34,440 nucleotides of DNA, from the IMG/VR virus record IMGVR_UViG_3300028030_000038, positions 1 to 34,440 of that record. One strand, 5' to 3'. This document shows positions 28,361-34,440 of this stretch, piece by piece. A program made the translations under genes and the position numbers. The notes beneath the pieces are model-generated. The model did not search any database, was not told where the DNA came from, and worked only from the letters and a program-made list of their open reading frames with translations. The stretch is from a virus. Taxonomy: Duplodnaviria; Caudoviricetes. Positions within the stretch are counted from its first letter, which is position 1. Every line of letters begins with the position of its first letter.

Positions 28361-30573
28361 CAGTATCAACTCAAATAATTGAATCACCGGAATTTGTAGG
28401 TGATGGCGTAATAACAGAATTACCATTTAATTTTTACTATGATGATGAAAAACATGTAAAGATTTATGAAAAGGTCGGGGATAAGTGGATTATTTCTAAT
28501 ATTACCTACATAGTATCGAGAGATAGTTCTATTTCTGAATCAGGAAAGGTCGTTTTGTCATCGCCACTTCCACTTAACACTATTGTTAAAATTGTTCGAG
28601 ATACAGAACGCTTGCAAAAAGAAGAAATAAGGACACATCAAAGGTTTTTTTCTGAGGTTTTAGAAAAAGCATATGATAAAATAGTTTGTGCATTGCAAGA
28701 GATTGATAATTTGTCAATGAAGCTTCCAATCGGGAATAAAGCAAATAATGAATTCCCTTTTCCTTTTAAATCTGGAAGTGTGTTAAGTACAAATGGTAGT
28801 AAATTGATGTGGGCCGAAAATGTAGGTGATCCAAATGATTTAACGAATGTGCAAATAATGAATGCCTACCAAAGCAATGCTAATGTGCTAGGTGCAATAG
28901 ATTTTTTAGATGAAACAGAAATAGCAAGCCATGGTGTGCCAAAATTCAAGACGGCTCGAAGGGTACCAGATGGCGCCCTATACCACTTTAAGAATCCAAC
29001 CACATTCCCTGCTGGCAATAATGGAAAAATACCAAACTTTAACGCAGCTGGGCATACAGGTTTGAAACGGTGGGAGAGAGACAACCCATTTCACATAGAG
29101 CTTGCTAAATACGGCATAAAATCAGATGGTGTATCTGATAATAAAGCTGATATGGATCATATTATAACTCACATGAAAGATATTATCGGTGGGGAGCGTA
29201 TGCAACAAAATGTTGCTTTAGTTGTTCCTGATGGTATTGGAGCTGCTTTTTCGTCTGGAATAACTATTGATGAAAGTAATGTAAGAATTATAGGAGCTAG
29301 TACAGGTGCATCATTGATTTTTGAAGATGCTGATTATGATCTTATTAAGTTTAACGGTGATCCTGCAAAGTCTTTATACGGAAATGGAATACACGATCTT
29401 AATATCTTGTGTCGTGGAAATGCATCTGCTGGTACAGCTCTTACTATTAAAAATGCAATAAACTTTCAATCTAGCAACTTGAATATTTTAGGAGCTTTTA
29501 AAGGAATAGAGTTTGATGAGGTTAGCAGGGCACAATTAGTTAATATTGCGCTAGGCCAGCAAGCTTTTGGAATAAGAACATCAGGAACACCAGATAGGGC
29601 AATGACATTTAAAGGTACTGGTAAAGTGAATGGTACAATCTTAATTAGTAACTTTGATATATCTTATAATATTGGCAATGCTCCTAATTATTCTATTGAT
29701 ATACAAGCATGTGATGGTTTGTGGTTCAATAATGGTCACATTCATGGTGGTGTACTATTTAACCCAGCAGGAAAGGGAACAGATTTATTAGCATCTGTGT
29801 TCTTCGGTAGTACCTACTTTGATGTATCTAATCTTGAAAACATTATATTCCAAGGTGCTAGTAATGCTTACAGAAACTTTTTTTTTGATAATTGTTATGC
29901 TGCTGGTGGGTTCACTGGTATTCATATCAAAGATGCGACAGCAGCAGAAAAGGCAGCCTTTGGTGGTGCACCAATAAACAAAATAAAATGGTCTGGCGGT
30001 AAAATATACGGTCAAGAGATAAGGGGGGTAGATGTACATCGAGAAAGCGTTAGCGATATGGGATTTGTTAATACCACTTTTGATACGAATAACACAACAA
30101 ACAATTCATTAGGCGGTGATATTTATTACAATGGAAAAGGCTTAAAATTGATTGCACCTGAGTTTGTTTCTGGCGGCACTAGTGGTACTGCCTTAAAATT
30201 AGACCCTGTTTCGAGAAATTGTCAGGTGATCGGAGGAAGTACCCTAGATTCCAAGGCAGGAACAAAAGTCAAACGTGGTCATTCATCCAATACTATTAAC
30301 AACCTAAAAGGCTATATTAATAAAATAAGGGGCGCAAATGGGAGTATAGTAGCGGGGGCAACATCAACAACAATAAACAGTGGTATAGATATTGATGCAA
30401 TAGAAGGGTCATCCCATTATAATATACAAATAAGTCCAAGAAGCTCATTGAACGGAGCAGGTAATATATATTCTTCGGGTGTAGTTGACCCAACAACAGG
30501 TAACTTCACTGTAAGAGCAGATGCAGCACCAACGTCAACTGTTTATTTTAATTGGTCGATTGATTTAGAGTGA
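28357..30573 (+). CDS. tailspike / tail fibre with a T7 gp17-like anchor and beta-helix depolymerase-like domain
   Basis: N-terminal F.GDGVITELPFNF...IVRDT...LEKAYDKIVCALQE; YGIKSDGVSDNKA entry motif, then Gly/Asn/Ile-rich beta-helix repeats. Confidence 0.88.
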   Translation: MTVSTQIIESPEFVGDGVITELPFNFYYDDEKHVKIYEKVGDKWIISNITYIVSRDSSISESGKVVLSSPLPLNTIVKIVRDTERLQKEEIRTHQRFFSEVLEKAYDKIVCALQEIDNLSMKLPIGNKANNEFPFPFKSGSVLSTNGSKLMWAENVGDPNDLTNVQIMNAYQSNANVLGAIDFLDETEIASHGVPKFKTARRVPDGALYHFKNPTTFPAGNNGKIPNFNAAGHTGLKRWERDNPFHIELAKYGIKSDGVSDNKADMDHIITHMKDIIGGERMQQNVALVVPDGIGAAFSSGITIDESNVRIIGASTGASLIFEDADYDLIKFNGDPAKSLYGNGIHDLNILCRGNASAGTALTIKNAINFQSSNLNILGAFKGIEFDEVSRAQLVNIALGQQAFGIRTSGTPDRAMTFKGTGKVNGTILISNFDISYNIGNAPNYSIDIQACDGLWFNNGHIHGGVLFNPAGKGTDLLASVFFGSTYFDVSNLENIIFQGASNAYRNFFFDNCYAAGGFTGIHIKDATAAEKAAFGGAPINKIKWSGGKIYGQEIRGVDVHRESVSDMGFVNTTFDTNNTTNNSLGGDIYYNGKGLKLIAPEFVSGGTSGTALKLDPVSRNCQVIGGSTLDSKAGTKVKRGHSSNTINNLKGYINKIRGANGSIVAGATSTTINSGIDIDAIEGSSHYNIQISPRSSLNGAGNIYSSGVVDPTTGNFTVRADAAPTSTVYFNWSIDLE

Positions 30574-30605
30574 CTAGTACAAAACGCAAGGTTCATCATC
30601 AAGTC

Positions 30606-30765
30606 CGTTGTGGTAGCTTAACAACAGTGATAGCGCCAAGCACACTGTATGTGCAATTCGCTACAAAGATGGCAAGGCTGCAAACGAAACAGCCGAAAAA
30701 ATAGGCAAAGATGCCCTCATTCTGAGTATTAGAAAAGTCTGTGGTGAGCCATCTTGTCTTTTTTT
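30606..30765. ncRNA. putative multi-hairpin RNA/terminator after the tailspike gene
   Basis: GTTGT/ACAAC hairpin; TAGCG..GCACA/TGTGC..CGCTA hairpin; AAGATGGC/GCCATCTT stem followed by a T-run. Confidence 0.45.
30670..30717 (+). repeat. exact 48-bp copy of 22240-22287
   Basis: TGGCAAGGCTGCAAACGAAACAGCCGAAAAAATAGGCAAAGATGCCCT is identical at both positions; the flanking bases differ. Confidence 0.95.
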
Positions 30766-30800
30766 AGATTGATAATTCTTTGATTGGAGAATTGCACAAA

Positions 30801-30875
30801 ATGATCTGGTACAAATTCTATATAGGCGATTACACCGCCGACACTAAAACCAGGGCTTCTGCTCTAAGTTTTTAA
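30801..30875 (+). pseudogene. 5' remnant of a DUF1376/YdaU-type replication gene
   Basis: GGAG RBS, then MIWYKFYIGDYTADT (the family's N-terminal signature); stops after 24 codons. Confidence 0.65.
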
Positions 30876-30933
30876 TGGCTTTTTTTGTTTCTGCGATGTC
30901 CTGATTAATTCTAATCGACAAAAGGGTTTAAAA

Positions 30934-31059
30934 ATGAAATATCCAAAAGATATACTTCTTAGTGAAACAGACGAAGAATTCATGAAGCTTGTTTCCAGTG
31001 TTATCATAGAATATCCAGCGTCAAAAGATGCAATAGTCGCTCTGTTAGAAAAAATATAA
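30934..31059 (+). CDS. small hypothetical protein (41 aa, possibly truncated)
   Basis: MKYPKDILLSETDEEFMKLV...LLEKI*; the frame continues KEGYTIEDNKDIKK* past the stop. Confidence 0.4.
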   Translation: MKYPKDILLSETDEEFMKLVSSVIIEYPASKDAIVALLEKI

Positions 31060-31112
31060 AAAGAAGGCTATACGATAGAAGACAACAAGGACATTAAGAA
31101 ATAAACTATTAA

Positions 31113-31141
31113 TTGTTTTTCTATGGAATTTAAATTAAAAT
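31113..31141 (+). promoter_or_regulatory. promoter of the replication operon
   Basis: TTGTTT, 17-bp spacer, TAAAAT, ending just before the structured leader. Confidence 0.45.
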
Positions 31142-31147
31142 ATTAAT

Positions 31148-31202
31148 CGCGGTTAAGGCTTGATCACCTGAATCCACATCCTAGTTCGGAGCCGCGTTTT
31201 TT
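31148..31202 (+). ncRNA. C4/CI-like branched antisense RNA or leader
   Basis: Closing stem CGCGGTT/AGCCGCG, two inner hairpins and a T-run; loop TCCTAGT is complementary to downstream ACTAGG(A) repeats. Confidence 0.55.
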
Positions 31203-31241
31203 ATTTCTTTAATACTAGGTCATAAATACTAGGAGTCAATA

Positions 31242-31352
31242 ATGTCTACTCAAGACAGTAAAAAATCAAAAAGAAAAGGAATACCAAAGAAAGTAAGATT
31301 TGAAGTTCTCAAAAGAGACTCATTCATAATTGATCTTGGAGGTTATACCTAA
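31242..31352 (+). pseudogene. 5' remnant of an HNH endonuclease, coupled to the initiator gene
   Basis: RKGIPKKVRFEVLKRDSF matches HNH N-termini, but the CxxC and HNH core are absent; AGGAG RBS; TAATG overlap. Confidence 0.65.
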
Positions 31353-32230
31353 TGCCAAGAGCAAGAAACCTAAAGTATCAATTCTTTACTAATGATGAAG
31401 TTGCAGAACTTGAGCCAATAGAAAGATTATTTTTTATGGCGCTATGGTGCTTAGCAGACTACAAAGGTGACATAGAATGGAGGGAAAAGAAAATAAAAAT
31501 ATTAACACTTCCTTATGATGATGTTGATGTAAAAAAAATCGCGATTAATCTGGATAAATCTGGACTCGTTCGAATGTACGTTGAAAATGGTAAAATGTAC
31601 TTAAACATAACAAATTTCATTAAGCATCAGAATCCCCATAAAAACGAAAGAGACAAAGGAAGCGATATTCCTTGTTTCAATGAAAAATCTCGCCAACTCA
31701 TTGATTTTAATACACTCACGATTAATCCAGACAAAAACGGAACTACTCAAGATAAAGACGAAACCAATCGTGCTGATTCCTTATCCCTGAATCCTGATTC
31801 CCTTAACCCTATCCCTGAATCCTGTATCCTGAAACCTGATATCCGAGATAAAGAAAAAAAACAAGATAGTTCAAAAAACGAACTATCAGTCGATAAGAAA
31901 AAAACAAAAGTTGATCAAGTATTCGAGTATTGGAAAAAAATATTAAACCATCCGAGAGCTGTGCTTGACGATAAAAGAAAAAGAATAATAACCAAAGCAT
32001 TGAAAAACTATTCAGTAAACGATTGTAAGTCTGCAATAAAGGGATGTTTATTAACACCGCATAACATGGGAAAGAATGACAATCATAAAATATACGATGG
32101 AATACATATAATCTTCAGGGATGCAGATAATATTGAAAGATTTATTTCAAGCAGCAACCCTAACCAACAATACGAAACCCACATAAACGAAACAGAAAAA
32201 CTGGTAGCACGATTAACAGGAGGCGCATAA
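31352..32230 (+). CDS. phage replication initiator (lambda O-like role)
   Basis: MPRARNLK..FFTNDE.AEL...RLFF.ALWCLAD..G, NF.KHQNPH; repeat-coded linker; C-terminal VFEYWK..LNHPRA domain. Confidence 0.85.
   Translation: MPRARNLKYQFFTNDEVAELEPIERLFFMALWCLADYKGDIEWREKKIKILTLPYDDVDVKKIAINLDKSGLVRMYVENGKMYLNITNFIKHQNPHKNERDKGSDIPCFNEKSRQLIDFNTLTINPDKNGTTQDKDETNRADSLSLNPDSLNPIPESCILKPDIRDKEKKQDSSKNELSVDKKKTKVDQVFEYWKKILNHPRAVLDDKRKRIITKALKNYSVNDCKSAIKGCLLTPHNMGKNDNHKIYDGIHIIFRDADNIERFISSSNPNQQYETHINETEKLVARLTGGA
31782..31838 (+). repeat. iteron-like repeats inside the initiator gene (candidate origin)
   Basis: TATCCCTGAATCCTG at 31782 and 31810; CCTG recurs with 7-bp periodicity; an A-rich tract follows. 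Confidence 0.5.
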
Positions 32231-32231
32231 C

Positions 32232-33128
32232 ATGACAAGCAGCGCAGATATAATCAGGTTAATTAAACTAACAGCAGATGAATATGGCAAAAACCTATCA
32301 GATGCCCAATATTCATTATATGTAAAAGTTCTAACACGATTTAGTATAGAGCAACTAAAGAAAGCTATTGATGCTCATCAATTCGACCCTGAAAACGGTC
32401 AATGGATGCCTATGCCAGCGCATCTGATAAAACACATCAACATTAACGATGGCAGACCAACAGCAGATGAAGCATGGTTAAACACGCCAAAATCAGAGCA
32501 TGAATCAATTTCATGGACAGAAGAAGCTAGGCAAGCATTTTTAGAGCTTGAAAGCCAAAATCCTAATGCCACAGATATTGAAATGAAAATGGCGTTTAGA
32601 CCTCTCTATGATAGACTGGTTAGTGAGGCGCGCTCTAATGGCGTTCCTATGAAATGGGTTAATACATACGGCTTTGACTCAGAAGGGCGCGAGGAATGCA
32701 AAAAATTAACGGACAGGCGCAATTATGATTGTGGTCAACTTTTAGAATTGCCTAAACCAAAAGATCACGAGCCATTAGAAGGTATTGCCTATAAGCCTAC
32801 AAAATCAAACGGTGAAAAAATACTTTCTGAGTTGATTGGTGAGCTTGATCACAAAATAGCCGAAGAAAAAACAGCGCTAGTCAAAAAAATAATACTTGAT
32901 GTTGAGCGTGATAATTCGCCATATATTGGTCATTTCAAGCCAACAAAAATAAACATGACCAAAAAACAGGAAGGGATAAATAAAATGCTTGTTGGTATTG
33001 GTGATAATGAAATTCTTGAAATAGAAATTGATGGCGGATTGAATCAATTTTTTGCGAAATGTGGAGCAAGACTGACGCCCAATTGGATAGAAAATAGTTT
33101 TTTATATACTGAAATTAAAGCCAGATAG
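32232..33128 (+). CDS. replication accessory / helicase loader-like protein
   Basis: Follows the initiator; WMPMPAHLI, GRPTADEAW, SISWTEE, MAFR.LY.RLV..AR motifs. Confidence 0.7.
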   Translation: MTSSADIIRLIKLTADEYGKNLSDAQYSLYVKVLTRFSIEQLKKAIDAHQFDPENGQWMPMPAHLIKHININDGRPTADEAWLNTPKSEHESISWTEEARQAFLELESQNPNATDIEMKMAFRPLYDRLVSEARSNGVPMKWVNTYGFDSEGREECKKLTDRRNYDCGQLLELPKPKDHEPLEGIAYKPTKSNGEKILSELIGELDHKIAEEKTALVKKIILDVERDNSPYIGHFKPTKINMTKKQEGINKMLVGIGDNEILEIEIDGGLNQFFAKCGARLTPNWIENSFLYTEIKAR

Positions 33129-33307
33129 AAATAGCTAAAAAGAAAGTGGCTTTCACAGAGTCGACCAAAGGTGGTATCTACACTGGAACAGTCGAAGAAG
33201 TTTGCAAAGTAAAAATAAGAATCAAGGCAGATAGGGAGTTTTCCCATAATTTCAGACGCGGCTTGGCTTGGAGAAGACTAGAACACTTGCTGAAAATACC
33301 AGTGTAA
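33125..33307 (+). CDS. 60-codon open frame without a standard start, ending in attC-like site 1
   Basis: IEIAKKKVAFTESTKGGIYTGTVEEVCKVKIRI...KIPV*; first codon ATA; its TAA is part of GTGTAAC. Confidence 0.35.
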   Translation: MEIAKKKVAFTESTKGGIYTGTVEEVCKVKIRIKADREFSHNFRRGLAWRRLEHLLKIPV

Positions 33308-33388
33308 CCTTTGAGAACAGCGGGCGGCGGTTTGCAGTTTGAGAAAGAAGCCATGACTATGACCGTCCGCTGATTTGAGTTGTTAGTT
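33302..33388 (-). mobile_element. attC-like recombination site 1 (87 bp)
   Basis: GTGTAAC-6nt-GAACAGC(GGGCGG)...(CCGTCC)GCTGaTTT-5nt-GTTAGTT. Confidence 0.75.
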
Positions 33389-33411
33389 TTGAATAAATGA
33401 GAATGTAAATT

Positions 33412-33672
33412 ATGAAATGCGAACAAAGAGATAAAGTAAACAAGCTAAGTTTAGAAGATGTTTCAGGGTTTTTCAGAGAAGAAACGAACTTCAAATATAA
33501 TTATGCTGAGATATATGAAAAGTACATGGCTGGTAACCTGGATATTCCAGAATATATATGGAGGGAAGTCACAAAATATATTGATGCGAAAAAGGGGACG
33601 AAAGAGTTAAATACTGCTATTTGTAATTTGCAGAGGCTCCTGCGCACATCTAGCAGAAAACCAGCCCGGTAG
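33412..33672 (+). CDS. hypothetical protein, cassette A
   Basis: 86-aa ORF that fills the interval between attC-like sites 1 and 2. Confidence 0.7.
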   Translation: MKCEQRDKVNKLSLEDVSGFFREETNFKYNYAEIYEKYMAGNLDIPEYIWREVTKYIDAKKGTKELNTAICNLQRLLRTSSRKPAR

Positions 33673-33676
33673 GGCA

Positions 33677-33808
33677 AACTAACCTCAAGCACAAAGCGAC
33701 AAGCGAACAACAAAACAGAATTTAAATTAACACAAGGAGCGAAAACAAAAGCACTGAATTATGAAACAAGTCCTGCTTAGCGCGGTCGCTTTAGTGCCTT
33801 TGTTAGGT
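33677..33808 (-). mobile_element. attC-like recombination site 2 (132 bp)
   Basis: AACTAAC-6nt-CACAAAG(CGAC)...(GTCG)CTTTaGTG-5nt-GTTAGGT. Confidence 0.8.
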
Positions 33809-33816
33809 TTTGATTT

Positions 33817-34257
33817 ATGCAAGACGCAACAAAAGATGGTGATGCTGTATATTCAACTGACGGCGAACGATTTGAATATACAGAATATGATGACGCTGTT
33901 GAAATGGCGTTTGATTTCGAAGATTTAACAATAGGGTCTACTGCATCAGTATTTAAAGGCAATGCGAAATTAAAAAAAGCATCTGATTATTTGCCGAGTT
34001 TCATAGACGAAATGATTGAATCATCTTACGAGGATTTAGGCGAACATGCTGAATTTTGGCTCTATGAGATGAAGCCAGAAGATGGCAAGGAGCTAGAATC
34101 TATTCTTAAAAATACTGTTGATAAATGGATGGACGAAAAAGGATTATCACCAACATTTTTTGGGGTTGACAATATTCAAGAAATTAAACTTGAATATTGT
34201 GTAACTGAAGACGGAAAAGGAACGGAATACAAGCCGTGCGCTACTAGCACAACCTAA
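33817..34257 (+). CDS. acidic phage hypothetical protein, cassette B
   Basis: 146 aa; starts 8 nt after GTTAGGT and its stop codon is the TAA of ACCTAAC. Confidence 0.85.
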   Translation: MQDATKDGDAVYSTDGERFEYTEYDDAVEMAFDFEDLTIGSTASVFKGNAKLKKASDYLPSFIDEMIESSYEDLGEHAEFWLYEMKPEDGKELESILKNTVDKWMDEKGLSPTFFGVDNIQEIKLEYCVTEDGKGTEYKPCATSTT

Positions 34258-34383
34258 CCTTTTACTTAAAACGACTGCGGGTTTGGACAGATGATTTCTA
34301 TTCCAGGAAGAATTTAATAAAACTTGCTAACTCGGAAAAGCCGCTTGAGTTAGCAAGTCCATGTTTTGAAGCGGTTGTTATAT
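34252..34383 (-). mobile_element. attC-like recombination site 3 (132 bp)
   Basis: ACCTAAC-6nt-CTTAAAA(C)...(G)TTTTgAAG-5nt-GTTATAT; extrahelical G at the canonical position. Confidence 0.8.
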
Positions 34384-34410
34384 TGTGTTCAAAAAAACTG
34401 AATTCTTTTC

Positions 34411-34438
34411 TTGACAGTTACCGATAACATTGTATTAT
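34411..34438 (+). promoter_or_regulatory. sigma70 promoter with an operator-like palindrome
   Basis: TTGACA (34411-34416), 16-bp spacer, TATTAT (34433-34438); GTTA-CCGA-TAAC palindrome in the spacer. Confidence 0.6.
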
Positions 34439-34440
34439 TA

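Noticed and set aside
22240-30717. Diversity-generating retroelement (TR/VR), suggested by BPP-1-like genes and a repeat near the tail gene
   Set aside because: The two copies are identical with no adenine-specific mismatches, only 48 bp long and not at a gene 3' end; no reverse transcriptase is in the window.
30574-30800. CRISPR mini-array with a self-targeting spacer
   Set aside because: No repeated direct-repeat units flank the 48-mer and no cas genes are present.
218-33962. Minus-strand and alternate-frame ORFs in the track (e.g. 8455-8784, 11295-11639, 24196-24546, 33178-33426, 33777-33962)
   Set aside because: They shadow well-supported + strand genes or attC-like sites and lack motifs or an RBS; only the nested lipoprotein 2674-2922 is supported.
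33302-34383. Plain rho-independent terminators as the explanation for the palindromes
   Set aside because: The arms enclose long variable centres, share a fixed TAAC/GTTA register with a bulged base, and show cross-gene core complementarity that terminators would not need.
1-34440. Stop-codon reassignment
   Set aside because: All core genes are full length under the standard code, and TAA, TAG and TGA are all used as stops.

Overview
Most of the genome of a podovirus-type tailed phage or prophage, probably infecting a Gram-negative host (it has spanins). All credible genes are on the + strand. Gene order: nin-like nuclease region (1-922); a promoter-to-terminator small RNA unit (881-1107); lysis genes with a beta-helix/lysozyme fusion endolysin, a nested spanin pair and holin-like proteins (1133-4071); three consecutive signal-peptide proteins, one tail-fibre-like (4068-7704); terminase; a tRNA-like structured RNA (9530-9670); a BPP-1/T7-like head and tail module; ejection proteins, including a 2380-aa polyvalent protein with GNAT, ADP-ribosyltransferase-like and zincin domains; a tailspike; a scarred intergenic region (structured RNAs, an exact 48-bp copy of coding DNA, gene remnants); and lambdoid-type replication initiator/loader genes. 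The most striking signal is at 33302-34383: three integron attC-like sites delimit single phage-type genes. Each gene's flanking 7-bp core sites are exact reverse complements, and the sites point opposite to the genes. This suggests a phage-borne, inverted gene-cassette array with no integrase in view. All calls come from reading motifs by eye; no searches or folding programs were run.
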